From positions 1-56,392 of the forward strand of contig JAACWA010000015.1 of assembly GCA_009992175.1 (NCBI GenBank): 56,392 bases of DNA. Reading direction: 5' to 3'. This document shows, piece by piece, positions 28,108 to 36,966 of the stretch. Below the pieces are notes generated by a model that was not told the origin of the DNA, ran no database searches, and saw nothing but the letters and a program-made list of their open reading frames with translations. This DNA comes from an archaeon (GTDB taxonomy: Archaea > Nanobdellota > Nanobdellia > Pacearchaeales > GW2011-AR1). A program made the translations under genes and the position numbers. Each line of letters opens with the position of its first letter. The stretch's first letter is position 1.

Positions 28108-30621
28108 ATGGAAAATGAATTAGAAAACAATTTAAGAAAATTAACTAAGCTTAATTTGAGTTTGAATCAACTAAAAGTAATTAAGGATAAATACTTGAAA
28201 AATTCTCCAACTGTTGAAGATTGGTTTAAAACAGTTTGCCACAACATTTCTCTTTCTGAAATTTTGCATTCGGATAAAGTTTCTGAAGAGAAAATTTTTA
28301 AAGATGTTTATTATAAAAAAATTGAAGAAGATTATAATGGGAAAAAAATAAAAACATACTTATTACATAAGGAATTTTCTGATCATAATTCAAGAAGAAA
28401 AAATTTTAAAAAATTTATTTCTAATTTAGAAGAAATTAATCAAAAAAATCCAGAGATAAGTTCGGAAATAGAAAAAGAATTTTATGAACTTTTATCTAGC
28501 TTTAAATTTTTACCTAACTCTCCTACACTTATGAATGCGGGAAGGGACCTTCAACAATTAAGTGCTTGTTATGTTTTGCCTGTGGGTGACTCTATTGAAG
28601 AAATTTATGATTCAGTAAAGAATATGGCCTTAATTCATAAAAGTGGAGGGGGAACTGGTTTTTCCTTTTCAAACCTTAGACCAACAAATGATATAGTCAT
28701 AACAACAAAAGGAATTTCTTCTGGACCACTTTCATTCATGCAAATTTTTGATAAATCAACTGAAGTAGTAAAACAAGGAGGAACTAGAAGAGGAGCTAAT
28801 ATGGGAATACTTCATTATAATCATCCAGATATCTTAAACTTTATTGATATGAAAAAAACTCCGGGAGTTATGGAAAACTTTAATGTTTCAGTTACAATTG
28901 ATAAAGAATTTATGGATGCTGTAAAAAATAATCAAGAATATGAATTAATTAACCCTCGAACTAAAGAAGTTACCGGAAAACTTAATGCAAAAGATGTTTG
29001 GAAAAAATTAGTTCAAGGGGCTTGGGAATCTGGGGACCCAGGAATAATTATGATTGACCGAATAAACAACACTGGAAGTAATGCAACACCTCAGCTTGGA
29101 CAAATTGAATCAACAAACCCTTGTGGAGAACAACCTCTTTTACCATATGAACCCTGTAACCTAGGTTCAATTAATCTTTCGAAATTCATAAAAGAGGATG
29201 GAAGTAATTTTGATTTTGAAAACCTTAAAAAAACAGTTGAAATTTCTACAAGATTTTTAGATAATGTTATTGATATTAATTGTTACCCTATCCCTAAAAT
29301 TGAAGAGACTGCAAAAAAAACAAGAAGAATAGGGTTAGGAGTTATGGGTTGGGCAGAAGCTTTAGTTAAATTAGGAATTCCATATAACTCTCCACAAGCA
29401 ATTGAAAAAGCAAAAGAAGTGATGAAACTAATTAATGAGACTTGCTTAGAATATTCTGAAAAACTAGGAAAAGAAAGAGGAGTTTTCCCGGCATTTAAAG
29501 GGAGTATTTATGACAAAGAAAGTAGTTTTTTTAGGGGAGTAGAAAATTTTCCAAGGCATTCAGCTCGAACAACTATCGCTCCAACAGGAACAATTGGAAT
29601 TGCGGCAGGACTTCAAGGAGCGGGAATTGAACCTTTCTTTGCAGTAGTTTATACTAGATACAATGCTGCAGGGATTGATGCATTAAAAAAAGGAGAAAAA
29701 CCAAAAGAACAAGATACCTTTTTTGAGGTAAACCCTTTATTTGAAAAGATTGCAGAAAAAAATAATTACTTTGGTTTGAAAAGAGAAGAACTTTTTATGA
29801 AAGTTAATAACAATCACAAAGCTTTAGTTGGAATAAAAGAAATTCCAGTAGAAATCCAAAATTTGTTTTTAACCTCACATGATTTAAAACCTAAAGAACA
29901 TGTTTTAATGCAATGTGCATTTCAAGAATATACAGACAATGCAGTTTCTAAAACAGTTAACTTGAAAAATGAAGCCACTCCAGAAGACGTTGAAGAAGTT
30001 TATATGCTTGCATATGAAAATGGTGCTAAAGGAGTTACAATTTATAGAGATGGAAGTAAACAATTCCAAATTTTAAATATAAATGATAAGAAAAAAGAAG
30101 AGAAAAAGGAAATAAAAAAAGATTTACCTGAATTTGCAGAATACTATTTGATTGAAACTGGACAAGGTCCAATTCACATACATATAAATTACAATGAAGA
30201 AAGAATTTCAAAAATATTTGCTAACCTTTCTCCTATTGGAACTGAAATTTCTGGAATGGCAACTTCCCTTGCAATAGTTATTTCGAAATATCTTGAACTT
30301 GGTGGAGACCCAGTTAGACTTTTAAAACATTTGAATTCAATAAAATCAGAAAAACCATACGGATTTGGAAAAAATAGAGTTGATTCAATTCCCCATGCAT
30401 TTTCAATTGCAATAAGAAAACATTTGGTTAAAGTTGGTAAACTTAAACCTTTAGAAAATGGAAATGGATTTTCAGAAAGTAATGGAGAAATTGCAAAAAT
30501 TGAAGTTGATAAGGATGTAAAGAACCTTTATTGTTCTAAATGTTTTAGTTCGAATGTTGAGATGGTTTCTGGATGTAGTGAACCCACATGTTTTGATTGT
30601 GGATATAGTAAGTGTAGTTGA
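28108..30621 (+). CDS. nrdJ: Class II adenosylcobalamin-dependent ribonucleotide reductase
   Basis: FLPNSPTLMNAG, LSACYV, STNPCGEQPL, CNLGS, TIAPTGT; C-terminal TSCPD/Zn ribbon ending CGYSKC; no NrdB nearby. Confidence 0.95.
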   Translation: MENELENNLRKLTKLNLSLNQLKVIKDKYLKNSPTVEDWFKTVCHNISLSEILHSDKVSEEKIFKDVYYKKIEEDYNGKKIKTYLLHKEFSDHNSRRKNFKKFISNLEEINQKNPEISSEIEKEFYELLSSFKFLPNSPTLMNAGRDLQQLSACYVLPVGDSIEEIYDSVKNMALIHKSGGGTGFSFSNLRPTNDIVITTKGISSGPLSFMQIFDKSTEVVKQGGTRRGANMGILHYNHPDILNFIDMKKTPGVMENFNVSVTIDKEFMDAVKNNQEYELINPRTKEVTGKLNAKDVWKKLVQGAWESGDPGIIMIDRINNTGSNATPQLGQIESTNPCGEQPLLPYEPCNLGSINLSKFIKEDGSNFDFENLKKTVEISTRFLDNVIDINCYPIPKIEETAKKTRRIGLGVMGWAEALVKLGIPYNSPQAIEKAKEVMKLINETCLEYSEKLGKERGVFPAFKGSIYDKESSFFRGVENFPRHSARTTIAPTGTIGIAAGLQGAGIEPFFAVVYTRYNAAGIDALKKGEKPKEQDTFFEVNPLFEKIAEKNNYFGLKREELFMKVNNNHKALVGIKEIPVEIQNLFLTSHDLKPKEHVLMQCAFQEYTDNAVSKTVNLKNEATPEDVEEVYMLAYENGAKGVTIYRDGSKQFQILNINDKKKEEKKEIKKDLPEFAEYYLIETGQGPIHIHINYNEERISKIFANLSPIGTEISGMATSLAIVISKYLELGGDPVRLLKHLNSIKSEKPYGFGKNRVDSIPHAFSIAIRKHLVKVGKLKPLENGNGFSESNGEIAKIEVDKDVKNLYCSKCFSSNVEMVSGCSEPTCFDCGYSKCS

Positions 30622-30665
30622 AGACAATAATCTTTTTAATTAGATAATTGGTTTAAAAGTATATC

Positions 30666-31199
30666 ATGGAAAACAAAGAAAAAGTAATAATCTCGGAATT
30701 GATAAAGGAGATCTATCTCGTATGTCCAAAAAATTTGGACAAAATTTTTAATAATGAAATCCTTGTTTTAATTAATCCCTTTATTTATCATGGAGAAGGA
30801 AAAATTCCTGAAAATAAATATCATGATGAAGTATTTAACATATTATTCAGAGAGAAAAAATCTTTAATTGTTATGAGTGATATTGGAATTTATGAAGCAA
30901 TAGTAAAAACTGCCCTTTTTCATTCAGAAGCTCCAAGAATATTTTGTTCTACTGAATTGGATGAAAAAAGCAGTAAACTTGAATTGATTTTAGGAAAAGT
31001 ATTTCAAAAAATTCATCCAAAGAAAGTTTTATTGTCTGACCCAATGATTGAATTTTCACAATCTGAACTTGAAGAAGGGAAAAATTTTGATATGGGTGCA
31101 ATTTCAGATTCAGAATATTTGTTTTTGAAATTAAGAAAGAAATATTCTGTTGGGTTGTCTCCTTTATTAAAAAATTTGGATAGGAAATATAATGAATAA
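30666..31199 (+). CDS. Hypothetical protein
   Basis: 177-aa ORF overlapping the next gene. Confidence 0.55.
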   Translation: MENKEKVIISELIKEIYLVCPKNLDKIFNNEILVLINPFIYHGEGKIPENKYHDEVFNILFREKKSLIVMSDIGIYEAIVKTALFHSEAPRIFCSTELDEKSSKLELILGKVFQKIHPKKVLLSDPMIEFSQSELEEGKNFDMGAISDSEYLFLKLRKKYSVGLSPLLKNLDRKYNE

Positions 31200-31506
31200 T
31201 AAATCTTTATGGGAAATATTAGTTCCAAAGTTTTCAAATGAGAAAAAAGAATTTGAAATAAAACATCATCAAAAATGGGACAAACAGATTAGGAAAATTT
31301 CTGGGGGACTAACTATTTTAAGAACAGCAAAAGGTCAATGGATAAACATAAATGAAAAACTTTTTGCAGAAGAGACGATTCCAGTGAGAATATATTGTTG
31401 TGAAGAGGATATTGATAAGATAATGAATTATACTTTAAATTATTATGATCAAGAGGCAATTTTTGCATATCAAGTTAATGATAATGTAAAAATTTTGGAG
31501 AAATAA
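31192..31506 (+). CDS. Hypothetical protein
   Basis: 104-aa ORF in operon context; LWEILVP..HH..WD..GGLT..G.W..E..PVR. Confidence 0.6.
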   Translation: MNNKSLWEILVPKFSNEKKEFEIKHHQKWDKQIRKISGGLTILRTAKGQWININEKLFAEETIPVRIYCCEEDIDKIMNYTLNYYDQEAIFAYQVNDNVKILEK

Positions 31507-31508
31507 AA

Positions 31509-32039
31509 ATGGCTATTGAAAAAGATAAATTAGGGTTGGTGCATATATATACTGGTGAAGGAAAAGGAAAAACTTCATCAGGAATGGGATTAATTGTTCG
31601 TGCACTTGGCCGAGGGTTAAAAGTAAAGATTATCCAATTATTTAAACGAGACACCGGAGAACAATTCTTTTTTGAAAACTCTGGAGTAAAATATTTGCAA
31701 TTTAAACCTCTTCATCCCTACTTTAAAGATTATAACCCCACTCAACTTGAGAGTTTAAAAAAAGAATTTTTAATTTTTTGGGAAGGGGCATTAAGAGATA
31801 TAGAAGAATATGATTTAATTTTAATTGATGAAGTTGGTCCAGGATTAAATTGGAAAGTAATTCCTGAAAATTTGGTTTTGGATTTAATAAAAAACAAACC
31901 AAAAAACACCGAATTAGTTTTGACTGGAAGAGATTTCCCTGATTCAGTTAAAGAAAAAGTTGATTATGTAACTGACCTGCAAAAAATAAAACATCCCTAT
32001 GACAAAGGAATTCTTGCGAGAGAAGGGATTGAATTCTAA
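31509..32039 (+). CDS. btuR: Cob(I)alamin adenosyltransferase (CobA/CobO/BtuR type)
   Basis: IYTGEGKGKTS, ILIDE, ELVLTGR, KHPY..G..AREGIEF. Confidence 0.95.
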   Translation: MAIEKDKLGLVHIYTGEGKGKTSSGMGLIVRALGRGLKVKIIQLFKRDTGEQFFFENSGVKYLQFKPLHPYFKDYNPTQLESLKKEFLIFWEGALRDIEEYDLILIDEVGPGLNWKVIPENLVLDLIKNKPKNTELVLTGRDFPDSVKEKVDYVTDLQKIKHPYDKGILAREGIEF

Positions 32040-32329
32040 TGATTCCTATTCTTTTAATGATCCTTGATTTACTTGCTCTCACTTCACTTACTCTTGTACA
32101 GTTTAAGATTAGTTTTGCATTCCAATTTTTAATTATATCCTCAATTTATCTGATTGCTAAAGGTTTTATGTTTAGAGATGTAATGAGTATAATTGACCTT
32201 TTGTGTGGGGTATACCTTTTAGTTGCATTTATATTTGGAATTTCTTCCTTTTTATATTGGATAATTTTGGGGTGGTTTATATATAAACTATTTTTTGTAG
32301 TAATATTTAATGCTCTAAATTTTTCTTAA
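32039..32329 (+). CDS. Small membrane protein
   Basis: Almost entirely hydrophobic; TAATG overlap with btuR. Confidence 0.6.
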   Translation: MIPILLMILDLLALTSLTLVQFKISFAFQFLIISSIYLIAKGFMFRDVMSIIDLLCGVYLLVAFIFGISSFLYWIILGWFIYKLFFVVIFNALNFS

Positions 32330-32330
32330 A

Positions 32331-33389
32331 ATGATAATTGGAATAACTGGAACAATGTGTGCAGGAAAAGGAACTATTGTTGAATTTTTAAAATCAAAAG
32401 GATTTAAACATTACTCAGTAAGAGATTTTCTTGTAGAAGAAATAAAAAAAAGAGAATTGTCTGTGAATAGAGATTCAATGATTCTTGTTGGAAATTATTT
32501 AAGAGAAAAAAATTCTCCAAGTTATATTGCCGAAAAACTTTATGAAAGAGCTAAGAATAATGGAGGAGATGCGATAATAGAAAGTCTTAGGGCAGTTGGG
32601 GAAGTTGAAACTCTAAAAAATAAAGGAAATTTTTATCTTTTTAGCGTTGACGCTCCAATTGAAGTTAGATATAAAAGATCTCAATCAAGAAATTTATCTG
32701 AATCTGATTTAGTGAGCTTTGAAAAATTTGTTTCTCAAGAGGAAAAAGAAATGGAAAATGATGACCCCTCTAAACAAAATATTTCTGCATGTATGCAAAT
32801 TTCTGATTTCCACTTTGTTAATGATGAAGCAATTGAAGAATTGTATAAACAAGTTCAAGAAACTCTAAATGAAATTCAAATCTCTTCTTCAAAAATAAAA
32901 AAAGTTTCTTGGGATGACTATTTTATGTCAATTGCTTACCTTGTTGCAGCAAAAAGTAAAGATGAAAGTACCCACATTGGAGCGGTTATTGTTGGAAAAA
33001 ATAATGAAATTAAATCTACTGGGTATAACAGTTTTGTTAGAGGATTAAAAGATGACGTTGCTGAAAGGCAAGAAAAACCTGAAAAATATTTTTGGTTTGA
33101 ACATGGAGAAAGGAATGCAATTTATAATGCAACTCTTGCTGGACTTTCTTTGAGTGGATGTAAAATTTATACTAATGGAGTTCCATGTATGGATTGTGCA
33201 AGGGGAATAATTCAAGCAGGAATAACTGAAATAATTGTTGACAAAAAGTGGGATGACAAAAACCCAGAGATGTGGAGAGAACAAGCAAAAAGAAGTATTG
33301 AAATGTTTGAAGAAGTTGGAGTTAAATTGAGATACTGGGATGGAGAAATTTTACCTATTCAAAAATATAGAAGAGGAGAATTTATTTAA
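32331..33389 (+). CDS. P-loop nucleotide kinase fused to dCMP deaminase
   Basis: N-terminal IIGITGTMCAGKGT; C-terminal WDDYFM, TGYN, HGERNAI, PCMDC. Confidence 0.88.
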   Translation: MIIGITGTMCAGKGTIVEFLKSKGFKHYSVRDFLVEEIKKRELSVNRDSMILVGNYLREKNSPSYIAEKLYERAKNNGGDAIIESLRAVGEVETLKNKGNFYLFSVDAPIEVRYKRSQSRNLSESDLVSFEKFVSQEEKEMENDDPSKQNISACMQISDFHFVNDEAIEELYKQVQETLNEIQISSSKIKKVSWDDYFMSIAYLVAAKSKDESTHIGAVIVGKNNEIKSTGYNSFVRGLKDDVAERQEKPEKYFWFEHGERNAIYNATLAGLSLSGCKIYTNGVPCMDCARGIIQAGITEIIVDKKWDDKNPEMWREQAKRSIEMFEEVGVKLRYWDGEILPIQKYRRGEFI

Positions 33390-33392
33390 TTT

Positions 33393-34322
33393 TTATAAAA
33401 TAAAAGAAATTTTTTCTGCCATTTTTCTGTTTATTGCTTCTTCAGAATCATAAATGTTAAACCTTTCAAAATTTGGCATTTTTCCACCATGCATTTTTGT
33501 TCCCTCTAAATATAAGTTTTCAATCCAATTTGTTGCATATCTTTTGTTAACTAAAACTTGATAAGAAGAATTTTTTTCATGGTTATCTAATTTACGTCCT
33601 TTGCTTCTTTTTTCTTTTAATTCTAAATAATCTTTTTGTGTCCAATCTTTTGGACCAGAAACAATAAACAAATCAGTTGGAGAATTTCCAAATGCAAATT
33701 TGTGACCAGGGAGGCTAAGGTAATCTTTAGGTAAAATTCCTTTTGAAAGATTTTCTTTGTCATAAATTTGGTAACAAGCAGACTCTTCACTTCTACTTCT
33801 AACAATTATTTTATTTTTTTCTCTAAAAATTTTCCTAAACCTCAAAAACTCATCAATACGATATACTGAATGTGTAACTGCAGCAGAATAAGGATCCATT
33901 TTTTCTCCATAATCTGAACGATTTTGTTCAATTGCCCTATTAACTTGTCCAGCTCCCCTTTTTGTTGGTTCTTCCATAATCCAAACATCAGCTGAATCTG
34001 GATTGAGGTAAGTTGAAATATCATTTTTAACGGAAGATGCAACAGCTAAATCTCCTTCTCTTCTTCCCCCAGACATTAAATAATAAGCTTCAAGTAAAAA
34101 ATCTTTTTTTCTTTCTTCAGAAAGATCTGAAAGATGGGTCAAATTTTCATTAAATTTTTTGAAAGGTTCTGTATGAAAAAGAGCTTCAATTTCTGTTCCC
34201 CTAATATCTCTTACTTTCATTCCATTTACTTTAAAAAAATTAATAAGATATTTAATTTGGGTGCTAGTTCCACTCATATCTGGACCACAAACAACTAAAT
34301 CTAAAAATTTTCCTCTTTGCAT
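33393..34322 (-). CDS. Divergent thymidylate kinase-like protein
   Basis: GPDMSGTSTQ (cf. Tmk EG.DGSGKSTQ), EEP, SRS..S..YQ; lies downstream of thyA. Confidence 0.6.
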   Translation of the reverse strand: MQRGKFLDLVVCGPDMSGTSTQIKYLINFFKVNGMKVRDIRGTEIEALFHTEPFKKFNENLTHLSDLSEERKKDFLLEAYYLMSGGRREGDLAVASSVKNDISTYLNPDSADVWIMEEPTKRGAGQVNRAIEQNRSDYGEKMDPYSAAVTHSVYRIDEFLRFRKIFREKNKIIVRSRSEESACYQIYDKENLSKGILPKDYLSLPGHKFAFGNSPTDLFIVSGPKDWTQKDYLELKEKRSKGRKLDNHEKNSSYQVLVNKRYATNWIENLYLEGTKMHGGKMPNFERFNIYDSEEAINRKMAEKISFIL

Positions 34323-34409
34323 TTTAATAAAATCTCTTTTTAATTTTTAAAATAATCTCTCTTTTATTATATACATTGAGTTGTATTTTTGATAAGGTTT
34401 GCTGACAAC

Positions 34410-35492
34410 TTAAGCTGCCATGTTTGCTTTAGAATCCCATTTAAGGGGGTTATATCCATCTATCTTTATTATTTCTAATGGAGACATATTAATTGATTCT
34501 AAAAGAGGAACATTTTTTTCTATTGTTAATTTAGGATAACCTAGGGGTTCCTTAGAAATTTGATTTAAAACAAAAGGAATATGGTCTTTTCTTTCATTTC
34601 CTTCTGACTCTTCTGGAACTTGTTTAAGATACCACTCTCTTAATTCTAAATATCCTTCTCTTTCATCTATTTTTTTAAATTTATTCTGAAAATTTTCAAC
34701 ATTTTTGGGATTCATCCAAAAGTTAGACCTTGGTTGAACTCCAACATAAATATGAGTATTAATTGGAGTATGAATAAAAAATCTTGGAATATATCCAGTT
34801 TCATTCGCAACTAAATGTAATAGTGCAGAATCTTGTGCAAGGTTAAAAGGTATTCCTAAAAAAGAATCATTACTTCTTTGAACCATATGTAAATCCAGAT
34901 GTTTTCCAAAAACACTAAATTGGTGCCAAAATGGACAAGGTCCTAAAGCCATTTCTGGTAAGTCTCCTACATTCCATGCAGATAAAGCATGATATCTTGA
35001 ACCCGGTCTTTCTTTTATACTCTTTAACATTTTTGTTAATTGGTCAGTTTCTTCTCCCTTAGAATTTTTCCAATGTCTCCACTGATATCCATAAACTGGA
35101 CCTAAATCTCCTGCTTTTTTATAAAATTCAGAATCTTCTTTTATTTTTTCAGAATAGTTTTTGAATTCTTCATTCCATTGTTGAGAATGTTTTGGAATTT
35201 TTTCATTTAAGTTGTTTGTTTTTAGATATCTATCAAACGCATTTGCAGTCCAGATATTAACATTTTTATCCACCAAACTTTTAACATTTCTTTCTCCCCT
35301 AAGTTTCCAAAAAAGTTCTTCGAAAGGAAGTCTTGGAGGAACATTTTTTGTGGTAACCAATGGAAAACCTTCTCTTAAATCATAAGTGCTTTGAAATCCT
35401 GAAATTCCTAGGATATATTCTTCGGTTCTTGGTTCATAACCAAAATCTCCTCTTTTGAGAATTTCTTTTAAAAGTGTGTGATACGCCTCCAT
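34410..35492 (-). CDS. thyA: Thymidylate synthase ThyA
   Basis: FPLVTTK, LGPVYGYQWR, MALGPC, QRSND..LGIPFN, HIY, C-terminal MAA. Confidence 0.95.
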   Translation of the reverse strand: MEAYHTLLKEILKRGDFGYEPRTEEYILGISGFQSTYDLREGFPLVTTKNVPPRLPFEELFWKLRGERNVKSLVDKNVNIWTANAFDRYLKTNNLNEKIPKHSQQWNEEFKNYSEKIKEDSEFYKKAGDLGPVYGYQWRHWKNSKGEETDQLTKMLKSIKERPGSRYHALSAWNVGDLPEMALGPCPFWHQFSVFGKHLDLHMVQRSNDSFLGIPFNLAQDSALLHLVANETGYIPRFFIHTPINTHIYVGVQPRSNFWMNPKNVENFQNKFKKIDEREGYLELREWYLKQVPEESEGNERKDHIPFVLNQISKEPLGYPKLTIEKNVPLLESINMSPLEIIKIDGYNPLKWDSKANMAA

Positions 35493-35579
35493 TCTTATCA
35501 AAAGACTTGCACTGTTTATATAATTTATTAACAATTTTTAGAGATAAAATTTTATAAATTAGGGAAAATTTGTTTCTAA

Positions 35580-36065
35580 ATGGATTTAACATTAATAGCT
35601 GCACTTTCTGATAATAATGTTATAGGAATAGATAACAAAATTCCTTGGAGAATTAAGGAGGATATGGTTAGGTTTAAAGAATTAACAATAAATCATCCTG
35701 TAATTATGGGAAGAAAGACTTATGAATCAATTCCTGAAAAATATAGACCTTTACCTGAAAGAAAAAATATTATCCTTTCAAAAAAACTTGAACTTAAAGA
35801 AGGAATTTATATTGCAAGAAACATTCATGAAGCAATATCTCTTACAAACGAAAAATCTTCCTATATTATGGGGGGAGAAGAGATATACAATCTATTTTTG
35901 CCTCTTGTTAACAAAATGGAACTGACAAAAATTTATAAAAATTTTGAGGGGAATGCATTTTTTCCTGAAATTAATTGGGAAGAATGGAATTTAACCAAAG
36001 AAGAAAAGAAAGAAACTGAAAAAGGAACTCTGTTTTCATTTTTAACTTATCAAAGAAAAAAATAA
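35580..36065 (+). CDS. folA: Dihydrofolate reductase
   Basis: IAA...VIG..NKIPW..EDM..F, IMGRKT..S, RPLP.R, GGEEIY. Confidence 0.97.
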   Translation: MDLTLIAALSDNNVIGIDNKIPWRIKEDMVRFKELTINHPVIMGRKTYESIPEKYRPLPERKNIILSKKLELKEGIYIARNIHEAISLTNEKSSYIMGGEEIYNLFLPLVNKMELTKIYKNFEGNAFFPEINWEEWNLTKEEKKETEKGTLFSFLTYQRKK

Positions 36066-36140
36066 ATTCTTGGAAGGATATAAAAAAGATTACTTTTTCC
36101 AAATATAAAATTTTATAAATTAATTTTCCTTATAAAAAAA

Positions 36141-36467
36141 ATGACAGGAAATGATATTGTTCCAGAATTGACAAATGGTGAATTTGAAACTTTTTCAAAA
36201 GAAGGAACTATCTTTTTAGATTTTTTTGCAGAATGGTGTATGCCTTGCACTATGATGGACCCAATAATTGATGAATTGAGTGAAGAATTTAAAGAAAAAA
36301 TAAAATTTGGAAAAATAAATGTTGATGAAAATACTAAAATTGCTCAAAAATTTGAAGTATGCTCAATTCCTACCTTTCTTTTAATTCGTGATTCGAAAGT
36401 TCTTGAAAGATTTTCTGGAGCAACTAATCAAGAAGAACTAAGAGAAGTTTTGAAAAAACATTTGTAA
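36141..36467 (+). CDS. trxA: Thioredoxin
   Basis: DFFAEWCMPC, SIPT. Confidence 0.93.
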   Translation: MTGNDIVPELTNGEFETFSKEGTIFLDFFAEWCMPCTMMDPIIDELSEEFKEKIKFGKINVDENTKIAQKFEVCSIPTFLLIRDSKVLERFSGATNQEELREVLKKHL

Positions 36468-36516
36468 TTTCTCCCAAGAAACTTTTATAAACTAATTTCT
36501 TATAAAAATACTAGAT

Positions 36517-36591
36517 GGCTCCGTAGCTCAGCCTGGTCAGAGCACTGGACTTTTAATCCAGGTGTCGAGGGTTCGAATCCCTTCGGGGCCA
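36517..36591 (+). tRNA. tRNA-Lys(TTT), no encoded CCA
   Basis: Acceptor stem GGCTCCG/CGGGGCC; anticodon arm CTGGA-CTTTTAA-TCCAG; TTCGAAT. Confidence 0.97.
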
Positions 36592-36758
36592 TTTTTGATA
36601 ATCCAAAAAAATTAAAAGAAATTTTAAAAAAACCCAAAAAAAATCCTTCACCCAAAGGTTTTTAAACCATTTTTTAGTATCCTTTATTATAGCACCTTCC
36701 CCATAAGTTACTCTTTAGGGGCAATTGTGTAATATTATAAATCCCCGATGACAAAAAG

Positions 36759-36965
36759 ATGCATATTCTACAACCCAAACACATAAAACTTAATGAAAAA
36801 GAAATTGAAGAGGTCTTGACCCAATTAAATATCTCAAAAAGTCAACTTCCAAAAATTTTGTCAAGTGATGTTGCTCTTTCAGAAGAATGTGAAATAGGGG
36901 ATGTAATCAAAATTGAAAGAAAAGAAGAGTCAGAATTAAATTCTTATTATCGGGTTGTTGTATAA
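36759..36965 (+). CDS. rpoH: RNA polymerase subunit H (Rpo5)
   Basis: HILQPKH...QLPKI..D...GDVIKIER...YYRVV. Confidence 0.95.
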   Translation: MHILQPKHIKLNEKEIEEVLTQLNISKSQLPKILSSDVALSEECEIGDVIKIERKEESELNSYYRVVV

Positions 36966-36966
36966 A

